A stretch of DNA of 64,000 nucleotides. Origin: an uncultured delta proteobacterium (GTDB lineage: Bacteria; Desulfobacterota; BSN033; UBA1163). A model generated the notes under the pieces. That model did no database searches. It saw only the letters and a list, made by a program, of their open reading frames with translations, and was not told where the DNA came from. Where the stretch lies: the NCBI GenBank assembly GCA_963708295.1, contig CAVPSJ010000007.1, positions 96,001-160,000 on the forward strand, read 5' to 3'. Shown piece by piece: positions 45,793-55,116 of this stretch; position 1 is the stretch's first letter, and the number at the start of each line of letters is the position of its first letter. The position numbers were made by a program, and so were the translations under genes.

Positions 45793-46974
45793 GTGAAGTA
45801 TGACAAATTGTTTTCACCCCTCGAGATAAGGGGAGTAACCTTTCGCAACAGGATCCAACGGACATCGATGGTTTCAGGACTTTCGACCGAGGACGGCTGG
45901 GTGACAGACGAACTGAAAAAAAGATACCAGCGGGAGGCAAGAGGGGGAGCCGGATCGATTGTGGTGGAAGCCGCCGTCATCATCCCTTCAAAGAGTTCCT
46001 ACAATCTCAGGATCAGCGACGATGGCTTCGTCCCGGGATTAACCGAGCTGGTCAAGGTCATCCGGGAGGCGAATCGGGAAGTCAAAATCGGCCTTCAGAT
46101 TATGCAGTTTTTGAAGATTTCCAGGACGGGATGGAGGCAAAAGGTTGAAGATTTCAAGACGGAAGACCTGCCCAGTATCGTCAAAGACCATGCCGCAGCA
46201 GCCAAACGCGCTCTTTTGGCCGGGTTCGATTTCATTGAGATTCACATGGCCCATGCTTATGTCCTTTCCTCATTTCTGTCCCGGGCAAATAAAAGAACGG
46301 ACGGCTATGGAGGCAGACTCGATCACAGGATGAAATTACCGATCGAGGTGTATCAGGCCGTCAGAAACCTTGCGGGCGAGACCTTCCCTGTGGGAATCAG
46401 AATCAACGGAGAGGACTTCGTTGTAGACGGGAATACCCTTGCTCAAAGCGCAGTCATCGCCAGGAAATTTGCTCAACTCGGAGCAGATTACATCAGCGTC
46501 TCAGCGGGCAGCCGATTTGAAGATGCATCCCCCCCGCCTGAAGGAAGCCCTCTCGACCCGATGTCTGGCTATAGCGGTCATCGAATGAGCCCCTGGTGGT
46601 GGTGGCCGGACGGAACCCATGTTTATTTAGCAGAGGGAATCAGGAAAGCCATCCGGGAGGAAGGATTGGAGACCCCTGTGATCATCGCCGGAAAGATCAG
46701 AGACCCGAAACATGCTGAAGAAATAGTCGAGCAGGGAAAAGCGGATATGATTGGATTATGCCGTGCTCTTCTGGCCGATCCGGATTGGCCAGTGAAAGCT
46801 CAAGAGGGGAGAGAAAAGGAGATTGTCAGGTGTGTGGCCTGTAATTGGTGTCTCGAAGCGGACTCGAGATATGAACAGGTCAAGTGTTCTCGGTATCCGG
46901 AAGGCCACCTGCATGCACCCGAACCTTTCTCGCCCAAGATGGCCCGACCCGGTATCTTGAAGGAAGAATCCTAA
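45793..46974 (+). CDS. old-yellow-enzyme-family flavin oxidoreductase with a C-terminal Fe-S motif and no second flavin/NAD domain
   Basis: LFSPL.I....FRNRI, EIHMAHAY.LSSFLS, RTDGYGG, RALLADPDW, CVACNWC-X11-C. Confidence 0.9.
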   Translation: MKYDKLFSPLEIRGVTFRNRIQRTSMVSGLSTEDGWVTDELKKRYQREARGGAGSIVVEAAVIIPSKSSYNLRISDDGFVPGLTELVKVIREANREVKIGLQIMQFLKISRTGWRQKVEDFKTEDLPSIVKDHAAAAKRALLAGFDFIEIHMAHAYVLSSFLSRANKRTDGYGGRLDHRMKLPIEVYQAVRNLAGETFPVGIRINGEDFVVDGNTLAQSAVIARKFAQLGADYISVSAGSRFEDASPPPEGSPLDPMSGYSGHRMSPWWWWPDGTHVYLAEGIRKAIREEGLETPVIIAGKIRDPKHAEEIVEQGKADMIGLCRALLADPDWPVKAQEGREKEIVRCVACNWCLEADSRYEQVKCSRYPEGHLHAPEPFSPKMARPGILKEES

Positions 46975-46988
46975 GGAGCTTAAGCATC

Positions 46989-48623
46989 ATGATTGATTTC
47001 CCAAAACATAAGGCAAGGGATGTCCGCCGATATACCAGGAATAGATGGTGGCTTGGCCTTACCTTGGGGGATATCCTCGACCGAACAGCCGACGTATTTC
47101 CAAATAAAGAAGCCCTGGTCGATGACCGGGTCCGGCTCACCTATTCCGAACTCCGTCATCGGGTGGACCAGGCAGCCTTGGGATTGATGAACCTTGGGAT
47201 CAAAAAAGGAGACACCGTCCTATTGCAGCTTCCCAATTGGGCTGAGTATGTTTACTCTTATTTTGCCCTTCAGAAAATTGGGTCCATTCCTATCGTCTTA
47301 ATTTCTGGGTACAGGCAGCTCGAGGTAGGCCATCTGGCACTCCTCGCCGAGGCAACGGCTTGGATTGTCCCCGACCGGTATCGAAAGATTGATTATCTCT
47401 CATTTATCGGAGAGGTGAGGCAGAAGAACCCTCAGCTTCGGCAGGTCATCTCCGTGCGTGCGGAAGAAGGACAGGAAGGGTTTACGGCAAGCCTCGAAGA
47501 CCTCATGGAAAGAAGAGCGACCCCGGCAGACCGCCATGAAATGCTCCGGAGAAAACCCAGGGCAACGGATGTGGCCCATATCATCCCTTCAGGAGGTACG
47601 ACAGGTCTGCCGAAAGGAATCCCCAGGACCCACAATGATTACATCTGCAACGTGGAATACCTGCATAAGGCATGGGAAATGAATATCAGGGACGTAAGTC
47701 TTATCGTCGTCCCCGTTGGTCACAACCTTGCTTTGCTCAACGTAGCGGGAGCGGTCTTCATGGGTTACAAGCAGGTGTTATTGGACTCCACGAAGCCCCA
47801 GGATATTTGTAGCACGATCGAGCGCGAGAAGGTTACTTACATGCCGACGGTTCCGAGCGTCGTTCGGAGAATCCTCGAGTCTGAACGACTCCACGACTAC
47901 GACTTAAGTTCATTGAAAAAGATATCGGCCGGAGGAGAACCCAGTGCCCCTGATCTGATCCGGGAAGTGGTTGAGCAATTGAACTGCACTTACATCAATG
48001 AGTTCGGGATGAGTGAGGGATTGCTTTGCCGGACGAGTCTCACCGATAGCATTGAAACGATCTGCAATACCGTCGGGAGGCCATGTTGCCCCTACGAACA
48101 GATCAAAATCCTCGACAGCGTAGGGAAACTTCTCCCTCCCGATCAGGACGGAGAGCTGGTCGCGAAGGGTCCGGGGATATTCGCCGGGTACTTGAAAAAT
48201 CCCGAAGAGAACGAAAAAAGTTTTCTGTGGAGAGGTTTTTTCCGGACAGGGGACCAAGCAAGAATCGATCGCTCACGGAACCTGAAGATTACGGGTAGGA
48301 CGAAGGATATCATTATTCGAGGAGGTGAAAACATCAGCCCTGCTCTCGTGGAGGAGCTTCTCTGCTCGCATCCGGGTATTGCCGATGCAGCCGTCATTGG
48401 GATGCCGGATAGGGAATTGGGGGAGAAGGTATGCGCTTATGTCAGGCTTGTCGAAAGGGTAAAAATAGACCCTGAAGAGATCAAATCGTTTATGGAGAGT
48501 CGGGGAGCTTCAACACTGTTGATCCCTGAACGATTTGAATTTGTGGCTACGTTACCATTGACCGAAGCCGGAAAACACGATAAAAAGGCCTTACGGGAAG
48601 ATATGAAACAAAAGATTGGATAA
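46989..48623 (+). CDS. aryl-acid adenylating enzyme / CoA ligase (DhbE/EntE-like branch)
   Basis: PSGGTTGLPKGIPRTHNDY, PVGHN, FGMSEGL, FFRTGD, KDIIIRGGENI, GK. Start ATG 46989 after AAGGAG. Confidence 0.88.
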   Translation: MIDFPKHKARDVRRYTRNRWWLGLTLGDILDRTADVFPNKEALVDDRVRLTYSELRHRVDQAALGLMNLGIKKGDTVLLQLPNWAEYVYSYFALQKIGSIPIVLISGYRQLEVGHLALLAEATAWIVPDRYRKIDYLSFIGEVRQKNPQLRQVISVRAEEGQEGFTASLEDLMERRATPADRHEMLRRKPRATDVAHIIPSGGTTGLPKGIPRTHNDYICNVEYLHKAWEMNIRDVSLIVVPVGHNLALLNVAGAVFMGYKQVLLDSTKPQDICSTIEREKVTYMPTVPSVVRRILESERLHDYDLSSLKKISAGGEPSAPDLIREVVEQLNCTYINEFGMSEGLLCRTSLTDSIETICNTVGRPCCPYEQIKILDSVGKLLPPDQDGELVAKGPGIFAGYLKNPEENEKSFLWRGFFRTGDQARIDRSRNLKITGRTKDIIIRGGENISPALVEELLCSHPGIADAAVIGMPDRELGEKVCAYVRLVERVKIDPEEIKSFMESRGASTLLIPERFEFVATLPLTEAGKHDKKALREDMKQKIG

Positions 48624-48663
48624 AGAGCACCATCGTGCCAAACGTCTCACAGGGAGGAAATGC

Positions 48664-49518
48664 ATGGAAATTAAGGCATTGGGAGTATTGGGGTGCGGTC
48701 AAATGGGATCAGGGATTGTGCAAGTGTTTGCCCAATCAGGGTATGAGGTCGTAGCCGTCGACTCAGATGAAAAGATGCTCGAAAAGGGGCTGAAAGGAAT
48801 TGACAAGAGGCTGACGAGTCGTGTAGAAAAGGGGAAATTATCACCTTCTGAAAAGGGCACGATCCTGGCCAGAATTCAAAGAAGCACTCGACCAGAGAAT
48901 CTGAAGGATTGTGATCTGGTGGAAGAAGCGGTTCCTGAGGACTTAGCGTTAAAAAAGAAGATATTTGCCCAGCTGGATGAGATTTGCAAGAAAGAGACGA
49001 TCTTCGGCACCAATACTTCCGGCCTTTCAGTCACCGACATGGCTGCAGCGACAAAAAGGCCGGATAAACTCCTAGGAATGCATTTTCATAACCCTGCCCC
49101 TGTGATGCAGCTCTTGGAATTGGTCAGAACCATTATGACGAGCGAGGAGACGATCGACTCTGTGAAACGCTGGGGAGCGACTCTCGGGAAGACAGTCGTC
49201 GTTGCTCCAGATGTGGGGGGGTTTATTGTCACCCGGCTCTTTACTCCTTTCCTCCTGGGAGCAGTCAGGATGCTCGAAGCCGGGATCGCTTCGAGAGATG
49301 AAATTGATCTCTCGATGAAGTTGGCCGTTAATCATCCTATGGGGCCTTTAGAAGTGGTTGACTTCATCGGGTTGGATACAGAGTTATCTATCGCCGAAAC
49401 CCTGTATGAGGAAACGAAAGATCCGAAGTATGCCCCTCCCCTTCTGCTGAAGAAGATGGTGACGGCGGGGTGGCTTGGGAGGAAAACCGGCAAAGGATTT
49501 TATGAATACAAGATATGA
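48664..49518 (+). CDS. 3-hydroxyacyl-CoA dehydrogenase
   Basis: GCGQMGSGI, EAVPE, NTS, GMHFHNP, HPMGP, LGRKTGKGFY. Confidence 0.93.
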   Translation: MEIKALGVLGCGQMGSGIVQVFAQSGYEVVAVDSDEKMLEKGLKGIDKRLTSRVEKGKLSPSEKGTILARIQRSTRPENLKDCDLVEEAVPEDLALKKKIFAQLDEICKKETIFGTNTSGLSVTDMAAATKRPDKLLGMHFHNPAPVMQLLELVRTIMTSEETIDSVKRWGATLGKTVVVAPDVGGFIVTRLFTPFLLGAVRMLEAGIASRDEIDLSMKLAVNHPMGPLEVVDFIGLDTELSIAETLYEETKDPKYAPPLLLKKMVTAGWLGRKTGKGFYEYKI

Positions 49519-49524
49519 ATCGAT

Positions 49525-50295
49525 GTGAGGTGTCGCTTGTTTTCGACCAATCAGGATTCTACTGCCCCCTTCTTAAGGGTTGAAAAAGTCTCTAAATCAT
49601 TTGGCGGATTGATGGTCATTCAGCAACTTTCCTTCTCCCTCCAAAAGGATGAGATCTTAGGGGTGATCGGCCCGAACGGATCCGGGAAAACGACCCTGTA
49701 TAACCTTATCACGGGCTTTCTAAGAACGGACGAGGGCAGAATCGAATATTTTGGAAAAAATATTGCAAACCAGAGACCCTCCACGATCTGTAAGTCCGGG
49801 ATTACAAGGACTTTCCAATTGGTCAAACCTTTTGTCGGATTAACCTCTTTAGAGAACGTCATGGCGGGCCGAGCCTACGGAAGGGAGCCTGCAACGGACA
49901 TCAAGCAGGCGAAAAAAGAAGCAATCGAATTACTTGATTTGACAAATTTGAGCAAGAGACAAGAGGTGGTCGCCTCAAAACTCAGTTTGATCGATCGCAA
50001 GAGACTTGAAATTGCCAGGGCTTTAGCCACCCGACCTAAATTACTATTGCTCGATGAGGTCTTTTCGGGATTAAACCCTTCCGAAACAGAGGAAGCGCTT
50101 CGTTTGATTATGAAGATCAAGGGACTTGGAATCACTCTGATGATCGTAGAACATATTCTCAAGGTGATCCTGGGGGTTTCTCATCGGATCATTGTCCTCA
50201 GTTCAGGCACCAAAATATTCGATGGCCTTCCACAGGAGGCGATTAACGATCAGAAGGTGATTGGGGCTTATTTGGGGGAAGATTTTCATGCTTGA
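49525..50295 (+). CDS. livG: Liv-type ABC transporter ATP-binding subunit
   Basis: KSFGGL, GPNGSGKT, RTFQ, LLLDE, VEH, AYLG. Start uncertain. Confidence 0.9.
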   Translation: MRCRLFSTNQDSTAPFLRVEKVSKSFGGLMVIQQLSFSLQKDEILGVIGPNGSGKTTLYNLITGFLRTDEGRIEYFGKNIANQRPSTICKSGITRTFQLVKPFVGLTSLENVMAGRAYGREPATDIKQAKKEAIELLDLTNLSKRQEVVASKLSLIDRKRLEIARALATRPKLLLLDEVFSGLNPSETEEALRLIMKIKGLGITLMIVEHILKVILGVSHRIIVLSSGTKIFDGLPQEAINDQKVIGAYLGEDFHA

Positions 50296-50998
50296 AGTAC
50301 ATCAGGTGGACGTTCATTATGGAGACATTCAGGCCTTATGGAATGTCTCGTTTCGAGTGGAAAACGGGGAGATCGTATCCTTAATCGGATCGAATGGATC
50401 TGGGAAAACGACCGTTCTAAAAACGATCTCAGGAATTTTAAGCCTCACCAAGGGAAGCGTGACCATTGATGGGGTCCGATCCGATACCATCAAGGCCTAT
50501 CAAATCGTCGAACAGGGTGTGTCTTTGGTGCCTGAGGGAAGAAGGTTATTTCGGGATATGACCGTGCTTGAGAATCTGGAACTGGGTGGCTATATCGAGA
50601 GGACACGACCACAAAAAGATAAAAACGTGAAATGGATTTTTCAAATGTTCCCTGTCCTCGATCAACGCGTCCATCAATTAGCAGGAACTCTCAGTGGCGG
50701 CGAGCAACAGATGCTGGCCATTGCAAGGGGTCTGATGTCAGAACCCAAATTGCTCCTGGTCGACGAGCTCTCTCTCGGTTTGGCCCCACTCATCGTAAAA
50801 CATATCTATATGACTCTAAAAGAAATTAACCGTTCAAAGAAAATGACTATTTTGGTTGTGGAGCAGAATGTACGGCTGGCCTTAGAAATATCGGATAGAG
50901 GATACATCATTGAAAATGGCCGGATTACGGGTGAAGGGAAAGGGAGTGAACTCCTGAAGAGCGACAAGGTCAGAAGTGCTTATCTCGCAATGGGGTAG
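50288..50998 (+). CDS. livF: Liv-type ABC transporter ATP-binding subunit
   Basis: GSNGSGKT, VPEGRRLF, LSGGEQQ, VEQN. Confidence 0.92.
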   Translation: MLEVHQVDVHYGDIQALWNVSFRVENGEIVSLIGSNGSGKTTVLKTISGILSLTKGSVTIDGVRSDTIKAYQIVEQGVSLVPEGRRLFRDMTVLENLELGGYIERTRPQKDKNVKWIFQMFPVLDQRVHQLAGTLSGGEQQMLAIARGLMSEPKLLLVDELSLGLAPLIVKHIYMTLKEINRSKKMTILVVEQNVRLALEISDRGYIIENGRITGEGKGSELLKSDKVRSAYLAMG

Positions 50999-51004
50999 AA
51001 ATTC

Positions 51005-51877
51005 GTGTTAAGGTTTATACAGATCCTTAGCTATGGGTTCCTCAATGGCGCTCTATACAGCCTGGTGGCGCTAGGATTGTCCCTGGTGTTTGGAGTGATG
51101 AATTACCTGATGGTGGCCCATGGAGGACTGATTATGCTGGCCGCTTATACGACCTTCTGGGCTTTTTTTTACACCCGTATCGATCCCTTCCTGTTCATCC
51201 TGCTCGTAACCCCTCTGTTTTTTGTCATCGGATGGATCCTGTTCAAAATCCTCTTTCAGTCACTTATGAAATTCCCTGAGGGGGAAAAAATAAAGAATTC
51301 CTTACTGATTTCTTTTGGCCTGCTATTGATCTTTTCCAATCTGGCCATCCTGTTCTGGACGGCGGATGAAAGGGCCGTGACGACGGTTTATGCCGGAAAA
51401 GTCCTGGACGTGTTTGGAATCCGTCTACCCTACATCGGCTTGGGAGGAGTGGCCATCGCCATTATCGTCATCATTGCCCTTCATTTGTTCCTTACCCGGA
51501 CTTATTTCGGAAAGGCCATTCGAGCCGTATCAATGGATCACGAGGCCGCGACGTTGATGGGTATCAATGTCAATAAAGTATATCTGGTGGCCTTCTCGAT
51601 TGGGTGTGCCTTGGCTGGAATTCCAGGTGTTTTGACCTCCTTGCACGCTTTAAACCCGGCAATCTCTTTTGATTTAACGAATAAGGCCTTGATCGTCTTA
51701 ATCCTGGCTGGAGTCGGGAGCATTAAGGGGGTATTAATCGGAGGTTTCTTCCTGGGAGCGATTGAGGCGGCCGGAGTTTATCTGGTTGGAACTCCTTACA
51801 GGGAAGTTTTTGGACTCATTCTATTTGTCTTGATCCTGATGTTTCGACCGCAGGGATTGACTGGGAAAAAGGCATGA
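51005..51877 (+). CDS. livH: Liv-type ABC transporter permease
   Basis: YSLVALGLSLVFGV, AHG, GKAIRAV..D..AA.LMGIN, RPQGL.G. Confidence 0.9.
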   Translation: MLRFIQILSYGFLNGALYSLVALGLSLVFGVMNYLMVAHGGLIMLAAYTTFWAFFYTRIDPFLFILLVTPLFFVIGWILFKILFQSLMKFPEGEKIKNSLLISFGLLLIFSNLAILFWTADERAVTTVYAGKVLDVFGIRLPYIGLGGVAIAIIVIIALHLFLTRTYFGKAIRAVSMDHEAATLMGINVNKVYLVAFSIGCALAGIPGVLTSLHALNPAISFDLTNKALIVLILAGVGSIKGVLIGGFFLGAIEAAGVYLVGTPYREVFGLILFVLILMFRPQGLTGKKA

Positions 51878-52806
51878 AGCATCTCCTTCTCCTTGTTGGA
51901 ATCGTGATCTGTTTGGCTTTGGTGCCAATGGTCATTACCAAAACTTATATACTCAACCTGATCATCCTGATCTGTCTTTATACGATTCTATCCCATAGCT
52001 GGAATATTTTGGGAGGCTATACGGGACAGATCAGCCTAGGACATTCCACCTTTTTCGGAATCGGCGCGCTGATATTCCGACACCTATGGACCCTGGGCAT
52101 CCCTCCCTATCTTGCCTTATGCGGGGCTTCAATTTCTTCACTCGTCCTTGCCTCAATCATAGGATTTCCGGCCTTCAAATTGAAGGGGCATTATTTCGCC
52201 ATCGGAACCCTGGCCCTCTCCATGATTGCCTCCGTTACGGTCCAAAACATCTTCCCTGGAGTGAGCTTTGCTCCTCCGCAACATCTCGCGAATTATAACC
52301 TCGTTCCGATCTATTACATGGCGTTGACCGTGGCTGTCATTACCATTGGCCTCGTCTCATTTTTAAACCGTTCCAAACTGGGTCTGGCATTCGTTTCTAT
52401 TCGCGAGGAGGAGGACGCTGCAGAAGCAATAGGAATCAATACCTTTAAGTATAAGGTGATTTCGATGACCCTCAGTACTCTCATTGCGGGCCTGGGAGGG
52501 GGGCTCTTCTCCTTCTATGTGGCCAGCTATTACTACTATGTCCCCTTTGAGTTGGGATGGTCATTCGATCCAGTACTCATCGCCTCGATCGGAGGCGCAG
52601 GGACAGTGCTAGGGCCTGTGTTAGGCTCTATTGTCTTTGTGATATTGAAAGAATTGTTTGCCATCAGCCTCGGACAAATGAATGTGCTCATTTTCGGCAT
52701 CGTTTTCATCTTCACGGTTCTCTTTCTTCCCAAGGGGCTTGTTGGAATCATCGGGATGGTTCGAGGGGTTAAAAAATCTCAAGTCGGTTTTGCGAAAGAG
52801 AGATGA
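51874..52806 (+). CDS. livM: Liv-type ABC transporter permease
   Basis: WNILGGYTGQISLGH, G.YFAI.TL, IREEEDAA..IGI, GG.GT..GP. Confidence 0.9.
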   Translation: MKHLLLLVGIVICLALVPMVITKTYILNLIILICLYTILSHSWNILGGYTGQISLGHSTFFGIGALIFRHLWTLGIPPYLALCGASISSLVLASIIGFPAFKLKGHYFAIGTLALSMIASVTVQNIFPGVSFAPPQHLANYNLVPIYYMALTVAVITIGLVSFLNRSKLGLAFVSIREEEDAAEAIGINTFKYKVISMTLSTLIAGLGGGLFSFYVASYYYYVPFELGWSFDPVLIASIGGAGTVLGPVLGSIVFVILKELFAISLGQMNVLIFGIVFIFTVLFLPKGLVGIIGMVRGVKKSQVGFAKER

Positions 52807-52864
52807 CCTCTCTTGAAAGAGTGAAAAAATTAGGAACTTTCTAAACGAAAGAAAGGAGGAGAAT

Positions 52865-54097
52865 ATGGAAAAGAGAAAGTTATCGAAAAAGGTGATTAGT
52901 TGGGCATGCGTTTTGGTTTTCACTATGACCCTGGGCGTCACCTCAGCGGCTTTTGCACAGGCTCCAGCGACGATTAAACTTGGAGCGGTGATCGCGCTGA
53001 CCGGTGCGATGGCCTCTGGCGGGAAGGATATCAGAGACGGTTATGAAATTGCTGTAAAACATATCAACGATGCCGGAGGTGTTTTCGTCAAGGAATATAA
53101 TAAGAAGATACCGATTGAGCTGATCATATTAGATGATGAATCAGATTCGGTCAAGACGACGACAAGGCTTGATAAGTTGGATTCGGTGGATAAAGTCGTT
53201 TGTTATCTTGGCGGATTTTCAAGTGACCTGAATGTGGTTGGCATGTCGACCGCGGAGAAAAATAAGGTCCCCTGGATCGGCGTCACCGTTGCGGCAGAGG
53301 CTCCATTCAAAAAGGGATTCAAATACATCTTTGTCCCTTTCTCACTGGCCTCCGATCAGGTGATCACTTTCTTCGATTTTCTCGATTCCATTCCAAAAGA
53401 GCAGAGGCCGACCAAGCTGGGCCACATGGAACTCCAGGTGGACTGGGGGAAGGAATGCGGCGATCACATCCGGGATATGGCCAAAAAACGGGGATACACA
53501 ATTGTGGCTGACCTGAAGTACGCCCCTCCCACGAAAGATTTTTCGTCCATCATCTTGGACTTGAAGTCCGCCGGCGCCGATGTCGTCTTCTCGGTCCCGA
53601 CCCCTCCTCAAAGCATTGTCATCGTTAAGCAGATGAAAGAGCTTAATTACGCACCCAAGGTAACTCTCTTCATTCGAGGACCCGATCTGAGTACTTATTG
53701 GGGCGCGATGGGAAAGGACGCAAACTACATCATCTCCGACGGCAACTGGCACGAAAGCATGCCTTATCCTGGGAATGACAGGGTGGTCAAAGACTATCGT
53801 GCCAAGTATCCGGATGTGTCAAGCATCGGCATCCCCGTCGGCTGCTCCTATGCAGCCGTGCAGATTCTGGCAAAAGCCATCGAGATGGCTGGGACCTTGG
53901 ATCGGGAAAAGCTTCGAAACACCATTGGAAAGGTAGAGATGATGACGGTAAGAGGTCCTATCAAATTCAGGGAGAATGGATCGGCTATTATTAAATACGG
54001 CTTCCGTCAGTGGCAGGATGGGAAAAATGTCCAGATATACCCTAAAGAAGTGGCCATCAGTCAGCTTCGTTTAGCTCCTCCATGGGACAAAAGATAA
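52865..54097 (+). CDS. Liv-type ABC transporter substrate-binding protein
   Basis: Signal peptide, IKLGA...LTG, INDAGG, DDESD, DFSSII..LK; Leu/Ile/Val-binding-protein fold. Confidence 0.9.
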   Translation: MEKRKLSKKVISWACVLVFTMTLGVTSAAFAQAPATIKLGAVIALTGAMASGGKDIRDGYEIAVKHINDAGGVFVKEYNKKIPIELIILDDESDSVKTTTRLDKLDSVDKVVCYLGGFSSDLNVVGMSTAEKNKVPWIGVTVAAEAPFKKGFKYIFVPFSLASDQVITFFDFLDSIPKEQRPTKLGHMELQVDWGKECGDHIRDMAKKRGYTIVADLKYAPPTKDFSSIILDLKSAGADVVFSVPTPPQSIVIVKQMKELNYAPKVTLFIRGPDLSTYWGAMGKDANYIISDGNWHESMPYPGNDRVVKDYRAKYPDVSSIGIPVGCSYAAVQILAKAIEMAGTLDREKLRNTIGKVEMMTVRGPIKFRENGSAIIKYGFRQWQDGKNVQIYPKEVAISQLRLAPPWDKR

Positions 54098-54133
54098 CAC
54101 CCAAAAAGATTCACTTTGGTTGACGTTGCCTTA

Positions 54134-54174
54134 GATGGAAAAGGGGAGACTCCATGGGTCTCCCCCTTTCCATC
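54134..54174. terminator. hairpin between convergent operons
   Basis: GATGGAAAAGGGGAGAC-loop-GTCTCCCCCTTTCCATC. Confidence 0.7.
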
Positions 54175-54940
54175 AGTTATCTTTCCAAGTGGGTTTGCGT
54201 TTCTCCAAAAAAGCTTTGAGTCCCTCCATGGCGTCATGGGTTTTCATCAATTTGTCGAGATAGATCTTCTCAATGGCTTTGAGCCCTTGATCCATATCAT
54301 CATTGAGGCCGGCGAGCACCGCTTCCTTTGTCAGCTTCAGAACGATCCCGCTCAATTTTGAAAACTTCCCAACGAAAGCCTCTACTTCTTGAGCCAGGGA
54401 AGCTTCAGGGACAACCTTATTCACCAGTCCGAGGCTATAAGCCTCCTGAGCACTGATGGTATCGCCGGCAAGAATGAGTTCCATGGCCTTTTTCCGGCCA
54501 ATCATCCTCGGGAAAACCAAGGCAGCAATCGGAGGGAAAACGCCGACCTGTATCTCGGGTTGTCCGAATTTTGCCTTCTCCGTGGCGAGCACCATGTCAC
54601 AGTACAAAGCCAGTTCGCATCCTCCTCCCAGGGCGGCCCCGTTGACCACAGCCAGAGACGGGACTTTCAAGGCGTCCATGAACCTGAACATCTGATGGAA
54701 GGTTTGGATCATCTTGGTTGCCAGATCCCCAAGGTGGTCTGCCACCTCCACGCCCACCGAGTAGGCCTTGCCTGCAGCCTGGACCACAAGGAGCTTCAAA
54801 CCCTTTTCACTCTTTAAGCTCGAAAGAAAACTGTTGATCTCCTCCATCATTTCGATGTTTAGCCAGTTGAGAGGAGCACGATTGAGCGTCAGGGTAGCGA
54901 CACCCTCCTTCAATTCGGTCTGAATATGTTTGAAAGCCAT
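54173..54940 (-). CDS. dch: cyclohexa-1,5-diene-1-carbonyl-CoA hydratase (BamR/Dch)
   Basis: Crotonase fold with GVEVADH, GQPEIQVGVFPP and IYLDKLMKTHDA.EG; in an operon with oah and had. Confidence 0.88.
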   Translation of the reverse strand: MAFKHIQTELKEGVATLTLNRAPLNWLNIEMMEEINSFLSSLKSEKGLKLLVVQAAGKAYSVGVEVADHLGDLATKMIQTFHQMFRFMDALKVPSLAVVNGAALGGGCELALYCDMVLATEKAKFGQPEIQVGVFPPIAALVFPRMIGRKKAMELILAGDTISAQEAYSLGLVNKVVPEASLAQEVEAFVGKFSKLSGIVLKLTKEAVLAGLNDDMDQGLKAIEKIYLDKLMKTHDAMEGLKAFLEKRKPTWKDN

Positions 54941-54965
54941 TTGATTCACCTCCCGTTCTCTTGAG

Positions 54966-55000
54966 TCGTCAACGTTGATTCGTAATCCGTTATTCGCTAG
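54966..55000. repeat. 7-bp-periodic intergenic tract
   Basis: tcgtcaa cgttgat tcgtaat ccgttat tcgctag. Confidence 0.4.
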
Positions 55001-55029
55001 AGGTAGATCTTACCGGAGCCTAAACTCCC

Positions 55030-55078
55030 AAAAAGATACCCTTTGGGCTTGAATCTCCCGCCAGCCCAAAGGGTATCT
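55030..55078 (-). terminator. intra-operon hairpin/terminator between oah and dch
   Basis: Perfect 16-bp inverted repeat AGATACCCTTTGGGCT / AGCCCAAAGGGTATCT with a T-run on the minus strand. Confidence 0.7.
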
Positions 55079-55116
55079 CACTCACTACCGTCTCGTGATC
55101 CCATAAGATACTTCAC

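Noticed and set aside
46989-48623. Siderophore biosynthesis (entE/dhbE)
   Set aside because: There is no isochorismate pathway, aryl carrier protein or NRPS nearby; the context is beta-oxidation and uptake.
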